DNA of 64,000 nucleotides from Candidatus Latescibacterota bacterium (GTDB taxonomy: Bacteria; Latescibacterota; UBA2968; GCA-2709665). The stretch spans positions 3,136,001-3,200,000 of the forward strand of contig CBDCOX010000002.1 of assembly GCA_965219995.1 (NCBI GenBank), written 5' to 3'. Under the pieces are notes generated by a model, which did not search any database, was not told the DNA's origin, and saw nothing but the letters and a program-made list of their open reading frames with translations. The position numbers and the translations under genes were made by a program. Shown in pieces: positions 51,601 to 60,749 of the stretch (position 1 is its first letter; every line of letters starts with the position of its first letter).

Positions 51601-53256
51601 TCTGCATCCGACGACGGCACGGTCAAGCTGTGGGACGCCGCGTCGGGCGCCGTGACCGCCACTGTCCGAGGGGATAAATGCCGGGCTGCGTGCGTGGCTT
51701 TTTCACCGGATGGCGCCAAACTCGCTTCCGGATGGACGGATCGGACCGTCACACTATGGGACATTGCGGGGGAAAGGACAATCGCTACGTTCAGCCGCCA
51801 TCGGGACTGGCTGTCCGCGGTTGTATTTTCTCCCGACGGGAAGACGCTTGCCTCCGCATCTGAGGATGGTGAGGTCTACCTGTGGGACCTGGCAACAGGA
51901 AACGCCACCGCCGTTCCCGGCCATACGGAATCGGTCTGGGGTATGGCATTCTCGCCCGACGGTTCCACGCTGGCTTCCCGCGCCGGCACAGCCAGGGGAA
52001 AAGTCAACCTATGGGACGTTGCAACAGGCTTGAAGACCGTCACCCTGGGCGGGCATGAGGGGCCGCTCAGAACGGTTTCTTATTCTCCGGACGGGGCGAC
52101 GCTGGCGACCGGATCGCATGACCGGACGGTCAGGCTGTGGAACCTGGACAGAAACAGCACCTTCGCGACGCTCCGGCATTCGAATGAGGTATCTTCGTCA
52201 TCGTTTTCTCCAGACGGAACGACTCTCGGTACCGGGGATTCCAAAGGGAACGTCATCCTCTGGGACGTGAATACGCAGCGGCAAATCAACGCGTTCAATG
52301 TCCTGGGCGAGAGAGTCACAACGCTTGTCTTTTCGCCGGACGGCGCTACCCTGGCTGCCGGAACGTACGGCGGTGAGGTGCGGTTGTGGGACGCGGCGAC
52401 GGGTACCGCGATCCGGGATCTGGAAGGACACTCTCAGTCGGTCCTCTCCATGACCTTTTCACGGGATGGGACAACACTGGCTACCGGCTCATTCCACGAT
52501 TCCGTCAAGGTGTGGAACCTGGCGACGGGAACCGCCGGCGCCGCGTTGAAGGGAAAATGGATGGATACTGTCACATTCTCCCCCGACGGTACGATTTTCG
52601 CCACCGGTACGCAGGAAAGGCTGGCCAGGCTGTACGACATGTCGACGGGCGACGTCATCGCCAGGATTGAAGGGCACCATCACTACGTCACCAGCGTGTT
52701 GTTCACTCCGGACGGCAAGACGCTTGCAACGGGATCGCAGGATGGGACAATTCTGCTGTGGGACCTGCAACGCCTTCTATCCCGACCTCAACTGCTGAGG
52801 CCGGTCTCAGGGATCCAGCAGAAAGCGCCGGCCGGGACGGGATTGGCCCAGCCGTTCGTGGTCTCCGTTCGGGACCAGAATGGCGAACCGTATGCCGGCG
52901 CCACCGTCACCTTTGTCGTTATTGCAGGCGGCGGCACGCTGTCTGCAACCACCGACACAACCGATGCCAATGGGCAGGCCGGGACCACCCTGACGCTGGG
53001 GCGCCAGCCGGGCGCGAACATCGTCGTCGCAACGGTAGCGGATCTCGATCCGGTGACTTTTCGCGCCGTCGCCCAGGCCAATCCAGACTTCGACGGCGAC
53101 GGTACGGTTGGCTTTGGCGATTTTGTGCTGTTTGCGGGGAAGTTCGGACTGAGTCGGGACGACGACGGATTTGAAGCGCGGTACGATCTGGACGGAAACG
53201 GTACGATCGGATTCGGCGACTTTCTGATCTTCGGGAACGCCTTTGGGAGGACGTAA
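48652..53256 (+). CDS. Secreted metzincin + WD40 + Ig-like (Big_1) + dockerin-like multidomain protein
   Basis: Signal peptide; HELGHTFGLEHD plus YIMSY Met-turn; ~20 GH...AFSPDG..LAS...VRLWD repeats; two SG.nQ.G.AG..LA.P.VV.VRDQ domains; C-terminal DFDGDGTVGFGDF...DLDGNGTIGFGDF. Confidence 0.9.
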   Translation: MRNSIHRVPAVEGLSVSVFLAVALFISSASIGHASVRDGDGAPVCEPIDFSRAPLEGADVAGKRAFNLNTGDPRAVRVVYFVPADSLFRPAVEDSIRRAIRRIRTFYAEQMEAHGYGNRTFDVETGDDGAPRIHRVTGQHAEDRYAGDQRHSRVFSEIRQNFDTGANVYVAVIDYIRSPTARGGRRGKIGGEASVGGNFKWETVAHELGHTFGLEHDFRDGDYIMSYSNRQNRISACAAEFLSVNPYFNAGRSIDQAQPPSIELLSPRRYPAGSKSVLLQLRVEDPQGLHQVTLFATTSTIRPGFPRGYYEVTACRGLPNGTHAVVEFEYDGDIPSSSGSALPDTVAHPLHVKAVDKDGNVGRLSLDLVEISAHHVAALEGHRDRVESLAFSPDGSILASGSSDDAARLWDVAGREQLATLRQAGRIKSVSISPDGKTLASSSDDHTVKLWDLIERELISVLRGHKSPVNGVAFSPDGNLLASASDDHSVRLWDVAEREHTATLEGHASPVNGVAFSPDGNLLASASNDHSVRLWDVAEREQTAMLEGHASPVNGVAFSPDGNLLASASDDHSVRLWDIAKREHAATLEGHASPVNGVAFSPDGNLLASASDDRTVRLRDVAKREQLAILPHTDAFASVVFSPDGTILAAGSVTVELWETSGWRLPRAASLTTVSGDNQKGAAGDALANPLVVEVRDQYDQPLAGAQVTFTVIGGDGSVGSGFTTVTATAGPDGRAQIVLTLGPNPGKNTVEASIVGFEVQTFNAVGVGTPPVPGADRNYPTQHLPKNAIVRLGKGAIGRTDRAIGFSPDGKRFAVSSGVGVWLYSVDDLERVALLPSGIVQSLAFSSDGATIAAGGSWREHAEVRLWDAATGTNTATVDFESWGTIYLSLSPDGQTFAYPAGEGVIHRLDAATGRSAPPLEGDWSVGPSMSFSPDSTTIAVAHEDGTITLWDLAVPANSLTLEGHRREVVSVAFSPDGRALASASDDGTVKLWDAASGAVTATVRGDKCRAACVAFSPDGAKLASGWTDRTVTLWDIAGERTIATFSRHRDWLSAVVFSPDGKTLASASEDGEVYLWDLATGNATAVPGHTESVWGMAFSPDGSTLASRAGTARGKVNLWDVATGLKTVTLGGHEGPLRTVSYSPDGATLATGSHDRTVRLWNLDRNSTFATLRHSNEVSSSSFSPDGTTLGTGDSKGNVILWDVNTQRQINAFNVLGERVTTLVFSPDGATLAAGTYGGEVRLWDAATGTAIRDLEGHSQSVLSMTFSRDGTTLATGSFHDSVKVWNLATGTAGAALKGKWMDTVTFSPDGTIFATGTQERLARLYDMSTGDVIARIEGHHHYVTSVLFTPDGKTLATGSQDGTILLWDLQRLLSRPQLLRPVSGIQQKAPAGTGLAQPFVVSVRDQNGEPYAGATVTFVVIAGGGTLSATTDTTDANGQAGTTLTLGRQPGANIVVATVADLDPVTFRAVAQANPDFDGDGTVGFGDFVLFAGKFGLSRDDDGFEARYDLDGNGTIGFGDFLIFGNAFGRT
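50041..50531 (+). repeat. Four near-identical 126-bp WD40-coding tandem repeats
   Basis: Units start at 50041, 50167, 50293 and 50419. Confidence 0.92.
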
Positions 53257-53445
53257 AATGCGGTGAGAGGGGAGACGGGAGACGGGAGATATTGTGTGCC
53301 CCGTGTGGTTTCACATCTTGCCCAAGGCATTGAGTAAGAACCAATGGGGCAAGGACGTCATCTAACGTCTACCGTCTACCGTCTCACCGGTGTTAACCTC
53401 TCCACCCAGCCCCCTCTCCCGGGGGGAGAGGGGGAGACAACCAGG
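53254..53445 (+). repeat. Heptamer-arm element (L-C-R) plus hairpin
   Basis: Begins with the WD40-gene TAA (TAAAATGCGGTGAGA). Confidence 0.9.
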
Positions 53446-53473
53446 CGTACATCATGTGATTTACGGAGGAAAC

Positions 53474-54202
53474 ATGGCATCGATTTCATCCGCACGTCGC
53501 CCGGCGGACGCCGTTGCCGAGGCGTTCAATCGCCACGGGTTCTACATCGCGAAGGGGCTCTATCGCCCACAGGAGATGCTGGACTGGAAGGCGCGCGTTA
53601 TCCGGATCCTCGAGGCGGGCGGTCACCTTGACAAGGACCCGAAGGGTAGCGGCGTCCACGTATTCATGGCGGACGTACTGGACCCCTTTTTCAGCGAACG
53701 GATGCAGGACGCGTGCGTGGCCCGGGTTCTCAACCGGATCATCGGTCCGAACGTGGAGTTTCTGAGCGTAAAGTCCGTCTACAAGGACAAATTCACCACG
53801 TTCGGATCGCCCTGGCACCAGGACTGGTACTACTGGAAGGGCGCGACCAAGGTTTCCGTGTGGATCGCCCTGGACGACGCAACACCCGAGAACGGCTGCC
53901 TGAAGATGATCGCCGGCAGCCATATCAAGCGGTTCAAGGTGAAACAGGTCAGGGCCGACAACGGGTTCGGGTGGCGCATCGGAAACGAAGAGATCGCCGG
54001 GCTCCCCGAGACCACGCTTGCCGTGAACCGGGGCGACGCCGTCTTCTTTCACGACCAGACCCTGCACAGTTCCTGGCCGAACACCACCGGCGCCGACCGC
54101 TGGAGCTTTATCTCCACCTACCGGGATGCGTCCGTGCGGGACGAGTCAACGGTCTGGACGCATCCGATGGTTGTCACCGGCGAGAGCGTGAACGCAGGTT
54201 GA
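53474..54202 (+). CDS. Phytanoyl-CoA dioxygenase (PhyH) family Fe/2OG oxygenase
   Basis: PWHQD, VWIALDDATPENGCL..IAGSH, GDAVFFH..TLHSS.PN; GGAGG RBS. Confidence 0.9.
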   Translation: MASISSARRPADAVAEAFNRHGFYIAKGLYRPQEMLDWKARVIRILEAGGHLDKDPKGSGVHVFMADVLDPFFSERMQDACVARVLNRIIGPNVEFLSVKSVYKDKFTTFGSPWHQDWYYWKGATKVSVWIALDDATPENGCLKMIAGSHIKRFKVKQVRADNGFGWRIGNEEIAGLPETTLAVNRGDAVFFHDQTLHSSWPNTTGADRWSFISTYRDASVRDESTVWTHPMVVTGESVNAG

Positions 54203-54209
54203 ACCGACC

Positions 54210-55033
54210 TATCCCGCCTGCCTGGCGGCAGGCACCCTTTCCTGAAGGAAAGGGGAAGGCGGGTGCTCGAGGTTTTCGCGAAGGTGAACATTTGCCGGCG
54301 CAGGCAGACAGGAATGTCTGCCCCACCCTCAAAACGACGCCTTTTGCGTGACGGTCGGGAGAAGGCGTGACGGAAACACTTCGCTTATGGCTATTGCCAT
54401 ACCTGTCATTCTGAGCGAAGCGAAGAATCTCCCGTCTTCTGGATCGTCCTATACACAGCGACGCGGTAAACACATTGGCGCGGACACATCTTCCGCCCTC
54501 TAGCTTCATCCCATGCCACAGGAGATCCTTCGGCGGCCTGTCGTTCTCAGCGACATCGAAAAGCCCCTACCAAAACGTGGTCATTGAGCTTGTCGAAATG
54601 CCCGTATTCAGGCAGCCCGTAATGCATTCGCAATCCCTTCGCCGGCCCTTCGACCCTTCGACAAGCTCAGGGCACCGCATGCTCAGGGAACGGCTCAGGG
54701 CGCGGACACATCTTCCGCCCTCTGGATTCAATCGAATGACAAGAGGCAGGCAGACAGGAATGTCTGCCCCACCCTCACAGCGGCTTCCTCGATGTCGTGA
54801 CAAGCGAACGGGGAGTGAACGTACCGCCTGCCAGCCCGCGGCGAATGACAGAACACGCTCGGGTATCATGCCATGCCGCAGTAGATCCTTCGTCAGCCTG
54901 CCTGCCGATGAGTCTCCGGCAGGCACAGCGGCTTCCTCAGGATGACAGTTTGGGCGATCGGCCGGCATGTCATTCTGAGCGACATCGAAGCAGGCAGACA
55001 GGAATGTCTGCCCCACCCTCACAGAGGATTCCC
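54210..55033. repeat. Mosaic of REP-like and GIY-YIG-flank-type repeats
   Basis: Three GGCAGACAGGAATGTCTGCCCCACCCTC copies; 54570-54700 is the reverse complement of the 30540-30680 motifs; 54818-55020 matches 33628-33825. Confidence 0.88.
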
Positions 55034-55035
55034 GA

Positions 55036-57837
55036 ATGCCCGGTCCCCGAAATCTCATTGCAATCCTGAAGCGTCACGTGGCGCCGCCGGCCGCAAGGCC
55101 GTTCGCCGTTGACCTGGGCCTGGCCGCCGGCATCTTCTGCGCGTGGCTGGCTCTGTGCGGTTTTTCGCCCGTGGTCGCGGCAGCGGCCGACGAGTTGCGC
55201 CTGGCCGTGAGGACCGGCCCATACCGGCTGCAATGGCCTCCTCTTGGGCCGGCCGTCGTCGCTCTCGCGGCCCTGCTCCTGGCGTGGGTCCGCCATCGCA
55301 CCCCTTCATTACGATCGGCCCTCCAAGAACGCTTCCAGCGCGCAAGTTTACTGGCCGCCGCGCTGCTGGCCGTGCGTCTCCTCGCCCTCCTCGATCCGCT
55401 CGTCTACGTCTTTCCGTTCCTGACCATCCTCTGGTCGCCCCACTCGATGTGGGCGGTTGCGCTCGTCTTCCTCGGATACGTACATCTGCCACTCACGTGC
55501 ACATCCTGGTCCCCTCGAAAGACCTTTATCACGGCGGGCACCCTCCTCGTGGTGTGCCTGCCGATGTACGTACTCTACGCGCTTTATTTCTGCCAGGTCA
55601 CCATGCTCCACAGCGATGAGGGCCAGTACCTGAGGGTGACGCAGAGCCTCGTCCACGACGGGGACATGGACCTGGCCAACAACCTCAATATCGAGCAAAT
55701 CAAGGAATTCCACGTCAGGGACTTCGCCGTCAACAAAGCGTCCGCCGCTCCCGAAGGCAAGGTCCACTCTACCCATCCGATCGGCCTCTCTGTCGCCCTT
55801 GTGCCCGCCTATTGGTGGGGTCTGGAACAATGGCAGAACCCGCGCCTGGCCACGGCGCTGTTTATCGTATTGCTTGCAAGCATCTGCGTTCCCCTGCTCT
55901 ATATCTTTCTGATCCGGCTGGGCGGCAAGCCCTGGGCTGCGGTGACGGCCACGGGCATATTTGCCATTACAGCGCCGTACTTCTACTATTCGAACCAGAT
56001 CTACCCGGAAATTCCGGCCATCGCCATCGTCCTGGGCGTTCTCCTGGCCCTTGTTCACTGGCAGATCCCCGGCGGCGCGTACCGCTCGATTGGATGCCGG
56101 GAGATTCCCCTCCTGGCAGTACTGACCGCGCTGCTTTGTTGTCTGCCCTTTTTGCATCCGCGCCTTGTTCCACCGGGGCTCGTGTGCGGCGCTCTCGTTC
56201 TGTTACAGGCCTGGAAGAACCCGGGACGGTGGCGCGCTCTCTTCACAATCAGCCTGGTCGTCGCTGGAGGCCTTGGCGCACTCATAGCCTTCCACTATGC
56301 CTTCAGCAACGACTGGCTGGGGCCGCTCCGCCCCGGAAGCGGCGCATGGGGCGAGGACGCTCTCGATATTGCGATCTGGAAGATCTCCCTCTCAGGGCAC
56401 TGGTTACACGTCGGCAGAGGCATCCTCAACACGTCGCCCATTTACTTCTTCGCTGTGTTCGGACTGCTGACCCTTGTCCGGTTCCGAGATCGAAGGCTGC
56501 TGTTAGCCGCAATCCTGTATGCCGTCACCGCTGGCATCAACGGACTTCACACATTGTGGGTATTCGGGCACGACCTTCCCAGCCGCTTTATTGTAACCGC
56601 GCTTCCGGTGATTGTCCTTGGTTTGGCCCTGGGCCTGCCGCCCCTTCTGCGCCGGGCGTCCACGAGCTTCTTGACCGGGCTGGCCCTGGTGATCAGCGCC
56701 GAGAGCGTGCTTCACACGCTGACACTGCCCGAGAGTGGCTATAAGGGTGTAAATCTGCTAGGGCGCACTATCAATCATTTCTATCCAATTCATCTCCATT
56801 TCACCGAACCGGGCCTTCAGGATCTGCCACTGATCGATATAGGCTTCTGGGGATTACTCGCACTTGCGCTGCTCTTCCGTACCCTGCATTCCGGATTTCG
56901 GGCGGCTGTCATCGTGACAGTCGCCTTCGCACCATTCATTTGGGGTCAAACCGATAAACTGGTCTCCCGCCTGCAGAGTAGCAGGTCGCCCTATATGCCG
57001 CACCTCTCCGTTGCTGACACGCCATATTCATATTCATTCGAAGTCCGGTTGAGGGCAATAGTCGAGAGTGCTTTAAGCCCGGAAGGCACGCTTCGTGTGA
57101 GGCAAGGCCACACGCCAGCAGGTACGTTTAATTATTCACCAATGTACGATCCCTTGATCGGCGTACCCCACCGTGGCATTTACCAACTGAGATTTCGCGG
57201 CCTTCGGGTCAAGGCCCCGCCCGGCAAACTCGCGGGCTATCTGGCTCTTTCGCGAGGCTATACCGTACCGGCAGTTTCCAGATGGAACACCATATCGTAC
57301 CATCCGCTCTTCGGCGACGATGACGACGAAGACCTGTCACTCGCATTCGACATTGATGGGCAGCGCATTTGCTATATCCACGGGATTTATACGGGAACCG
57401 GCGAATTGTCCCTGGACGGTATTAAAGCCACCTTCACGCCCTTTGCAGAGTTGCCTGTTCCGAAAACCACTGAAATAGCCCGCATTGCCTATGAGACGCG
57501 TGAGGGCCCGATCAAGTTTGTCGGTAAGGTAGCCAACTTGACAAGAGGACAGTATCGGGTCGTGTTCAAGCTTACGGGTTCGACGTTCAAACGTCTTTTC
57601 GAGCGCTTCCCCGCACCAATCAAGACTGTCGTCTATGGTTTGCAAAAGCCCGCTCGCGTTCTGACACTGAGTACTCATCCCCCCTGGTGGCTGTCGATCC
57701 CCTTCGCGAACGATGGGCCATGGAATGTGCGATTCAGATTGGACCAAACCGAGGACGTTCAGATTACTCTGCAATACGACGGCGATCTGGACCTGACCGA
57801 AATGGTGCTATACAGGGAGACGTACGAACACCGGTGA
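55036..57837 (+). CDS. Large membrane protein, GT-C-like with a soluble C-terminal domain
   Basis: Many TM helices, SDEGQY...SLVHDGDMDL loop, QIYPE; 3' third AT-richer. Confidence 0.65.
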   Translation: MPGPRNLIAILKRHVAPPAARPFAVDLGLAAGIFCAWLALCGFSPVVAAAADELRLAVRTGPYRLQWPPLGPAVVALAALLLAWVRHRTPSLRSALQERFQRASLLAAALLAVRLLALLDPLVYVFPFLTILWSPHSMWAVALVFLGYVHLPLTCTSWSPRKTFITAGTLLVVCLPMYVLYALYFCQVTMLHSDEGQYLRVTQSLVHDGDMDLANNLNIEQIKEFHVRDFAVNKASAAPEGKVHSTHPIGLSVALVPAYWWGLEQWQNPRLATALFIVLLASICVPLLYIFLIRLGGKPWAAVTATGIFAITAPYFYYSNQIYPEIPAIAIVLGVLLALVHWQIPGGAYRSIGCREIPLLAVLTALLCCLPFLHPRLVPPGLVCGALVLLQAWKNPGRWRALFTISLVVAGGLGALIAFHYAFSNDWLGPLRPGSGAWGEDALDIAIWKISLSGHWLHVGRGILNTSPIYFFAVFGLLTLVRFRDRRLLLAAILYAVTAGINGLHTLWVFGHDLPSRFIVTALPVIVLGLALGLPPLLRRASTSFLTGLALVISAESVLHTLTLPESGYKGVNLLGRTINHFYPIHLHFTEPGLQDLPLIDIGFWGLLALALLFRTLHSGFRAAVIVTVAFAPFIWGQTDKLVSRLQSSRSPYMPHLSVADTPYSYSFEVRLRAIVESALSPEGTLRVRQGHTPAGTFNYSPMYDPLIGVPHRGIYQLRFRGLRVKAPPGKLAGYLALSRGYTVPAVSRWNTISYHPLFGDDDDEDLSLAFDIDGQRICYIHGIYTGTGELSLDGIKATFTPFAELPVPKTTEIARIAYETREGPIKFVGKVANLTRGQYRVVFKLTGSTFKRLFERFPAPIKTVVYGLQKPARVLTLSTHPPWWLSIPFANDGPWNVRFRLDQTEDVQITLQYDGDLDLTEMVLYRETYEHR

Positions 57838-57860
57838 CGCGGCACACACCGCTGGACAGA

Positions 57861-57928
57861 AAAGCAGGCAGACAGGAATGTCTGCCTTACCCTCACAGCG
57901 GCTTCCCCAAGATGACAGTTCGGGCGAA
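57861..57928. repeat. REP-like repeat copy
   Basis: AAGCAGGCAGACAGGAATGTCTGCCTTACCCTCACAGCGGCTTCCCCAAGATGACAGTT. Confidence 0.85.
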
Positions 57929-58024
57929 GGCCTGGAACGGATAATCCATTGACAAGGAAGGATGTGACGGGGTATTTTTCGCAGACGCGCAGTGAAGACT
58001 GCACGCGGAGCCGAGAGAGCGGTT

Positions 58025-60748
58025 ATGCCTGCAATGAAACCTGACACAAAGCCGCAACCAATGTTGCGCAGGACCGTGGTGGTGGAAGGCCGGTACGCCC
58101 GGCGATGGCACCAGACACAGGCGGCCATAAACGGAGAGCAGGGACTGCTGGTCATTCCCATGGAGGAGCTCGCGGCCCGTCTTGCCGGTGGATTCCTCCG
58201 GCCCATCCGGATCGACTCCCTTAAAGCCGGTGTGAGAGAGGCCACGGCCGCGGGGTCGCTGGGCGCGCTGGACCCGATCAAGGACCTGCCCGGTTTTCAG
58301 CGCGCCGCCGTCGCCAGCCTGTCCAAAGTGTGGCGGGCCGGTCTCGCGCTGGATGGGAGCGGAGGGCCCGCCGCCGGTTCTCTGAAGGCTCTCGAGCGGG
58401 ACGTGCGTTCCAGGCTGCCGAAGAATCAACTCCCGGCCGGCGAACTGGCGAATGCGGCGTTGGGGCGCGCGCACTACGCCTCCATCCTTTTCGGCCGCAT
58501 TGAGATCCATGGGCGCACCGAATTGTCGCCGGTGTGGAGAAAACTCCTGCTGCGGCTCAGCCGGGTAACGGACGTGGTCTGGGCGGCAGGCGCCAGGACG
58601 ACGCCGGACTGGCTGGCAGGATCGGATATATTGGTGACATCGTCACCGCCGTCGGAACCCTGTATCCGCGCGGTGTCGTGCGCGACCCCGCGCCACGAAA
58701 TCCAGGAAGCCCTGCGGTGGGCCCGGAAGCATCTGACGAAGGGAATTCCCGCCAACGAAATCGCGATTGCCGCGGCGTCTCCGGCCCCGTGGGACGATCA
58801 CGTGACGGCCCTGGCGCGAGCCGCGGACCTGCCGGTCCACTTCATCCACGGCCTGCCCGCTCTGTCCGTCCGCGAAGGTCAGCTTGCCGCGTCGCTCGCC
58901 GAAATCCTTCTGCGCGGGCTTTCGCGTTCTCGCATGATCCGCTTCGTACGGTTGCTGAGTTCGCTCCGCGAGCGCTTTCGCCCGTTGGAAAGCAAGTGGT
59001 GGAATCACCTGCCGCCGGAAGCCCCGCTGCTGTCAAGCGCCCTCTGGAAGGACGCCATCGCCGCATTGACCCCGGAGTCCTTTGCCGACGGTGTGGACCG
59101 GCGACCCCTGCTGTTGGAAATCATCGATGCCCTGCGACCCGGGCTGGCCGGCGCGGCGGAGACAGGCGAGGACCTCTTCCGTCGGGAAACACCCCAAGAC
59201 TCAGAAAGGACGCTGGAGATCTGGCAGAAGGCCCTGGAGGAGGGACCGCCGGCCGCCCTGGACGTGACGCTTGCGCGCCTCCGGGTTCACGACGATAGAG
59301 AACCGGGCGGGGCCGTTGCCTGGGGACCGGCGTCCGCCATCGCCGCGGCGCCCCGCCCATTCTGCTGGCTCGTCGGCCTGACGTCGCGCTCGTGGCCCAG
59401 GCGCGCCAGCGAAGACCCGCTGCTCCCCAATCACGTCATACCGCAGAACCAGCTGGATCCGCTGCCCATCCACGAATCGGACCGCCGCGATTTCTGCTCG
59501 ATCTGCACGATGGCCGACCGGCAGGTGGTCTGTTCCCGGGCGCGGCGCGACAGTGAAGGGCGGATCAACGGCGTTTCGCCGCTATACCCGCAGGACATCG
59601 AGGAGGAATTCCTCGCCCAGAGCCGAATCCCTGAACATGCCGCGAGCGAAGGCGATCGCCTGATGTCCAGACCGGATGAATTTGCGTCGATGCCGCTTGC
59701 CCGGTCCGCCGAGAAGACCTGGATCGATTGGCGCAGCGAGAAACTCACCCCGCACGACGGGATGATCAGGCCCGGGCATCCCATGCTGCTGCGTGCGCTC
59801 GACAGAACGCAATCCGCCACGTCGCTGGTCAGGCTGCTTCGAGATCCCCTGGGTTATCTGTGGACCTATGGTTTTGGCTGGAGCGCGCCGGAGGAAACGG
59901 ATGAGCCGCTCACATTGGATGCGCTCGCGTTCGGCGCGTTGCTGCACGAGTTCCTCGAGAAAGCGGTGACCCGCTTGGAAGCCTCCGAATCCGGCGGTAT
60001 TGCCGGCGCTTCCCGTGACGCGATCGTAAGCACCGTTGACGACGCGGGATCCGTGGTCGCGGACCGATGGACGGCGACGCGCCCGGTGCCGCCGCCCGTT
60101 ATCTGGCAGCGGAAGTGCGAAGAGGTGAGAGAACTGGCCGTGGCGGCGTTGACGCGAGACGAAATCCCGCTGCCCGGGCAGCGGACCTGGGCGGAAGTTC
60201 CGTTCGGCAGCGTTCGCGAGAAAGATTCCCCTGAAGCCGTGCGTACCGGTCTGCCCTGGGACCCATCCGCGCCGGTTTACATTGACGGCACGCAGATTCG
60301 TATCAGGGGTTATATCGACCGGCTCGACCTTTCGGGCGACCGGCGCCATGCACGTGTAACCGATTTCAAATCGGGGAAGTATCCAAGAAAAACTCCTCAG
60401 ATGCAGGGTGGCGCGGAACTTCAGCGATGCCTCTACGCCTTCGCGGTGAAGACGCTCATCGCGACTCTACCCGAAGTTGAGGCGCGCCTGGTCTATCCGC
60501 GCGGCAGCGAACAGGCGATGGTCCTCGACGACACAGAGGAAACGCTCGCGGAACTGGCGACGTACCTCAACGCAGCCAGGTCCCACTTCGTGGACGGCAG
60601 GACGCCAAACGGCCCCGCCGCGGGGGAGCGTTGGTACGCATTGGCCTTCGCGCTTCCCGCCGGCGGGAAGAACAGCTATCTGAGTATCAAACGACCGCTG
60701 GCGGAGCGGGCGCTGTCCCCCCTGCCGGTCCTGTGGGAGGCTCCCTGA
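58025..60748 (+). CDS. AddB/RecB-like PD-(D/E)XK nuclease subunit
   Basis: C-terminal EVPFG...IRGYIDRLD...VTDFKSG...ELQRCLY; degenerate helicase-like N-terminus; TTGACA-N18-TATTTT upstream; start uncertain. Confidence 0.82.
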   Translation: MPAMKPDTKPQPMLRRTVVVEGRYARRWHQTQAAINGEQGLLVIPMEELAARLAGGFLRPIRIDSLKAGVREATAAGSLGALDPIKDLPGFQRAAVASLSKVWRAGLALDGSGGPAAGSLKALERDVRSRLPKNQLPAGELANAALGRAHYASILFGRIEIHGRTELSPVWRKLLLRLSRVTDVVWAAGARTTPDWLAGSDILVTSSPPSEPCIRAVSCATPRHEIQEALRWARKHLTKGIPANEIAIAAASPAPWDDHVTALARAADLPVHFIHGLPALSVREGQLAASLAEILLRGLSRSRMIRFVRLLSSLRERFRPLESKWWNHLPPEAPLLSSALWKDAIAALTPESFADGVDRRPLLLEIIDALRPGLAGAAETGEDLFRRETPQDSERTLEIWQKALEEGPPAALDVTLARLRVHDDREPGGAVAWGPASAIAAAPRPFCWLVGLTSRSWPRRASEDPLLPNHVIPQNQLDPLPIHESDRRDFCSICTMADRQVVCSRARRDSEGRINGVSPLYPQDIEEEFLAQSRIPEHAASEGDRLMSRPDEFASMPLARSAEKTWIDWRSEKLTPHDGMIRPGHPMLLRALDRTQSATSLVRLLRDPLGYLWTYGFGWSAPEETDEPLTLDALAFGALLHEFLEKAVTRLEASESGGIAGASRDAIVSTVDDAGSVVADRWTATRPVPPPVIWQRKCEEVRELAVAALTRDEIPLPGQRTWAEVPFGSVREKDSPEAVRTGLPWDPSAPVYIDGTQIRIRGYIDRLDLSGDRRHARVTDFKSGKYPRKTPQMQGGAELQRCLYAFAVKTLIATLPEVEARLVYPRGSEQAMVLDDTEETLAELATYLNAARSHFVDGRTPNGPAAGERWYALAFALPAGGKNSYLSIKRPLAERALSPLPVLWEAP

Positions 60749-60749
60749 G

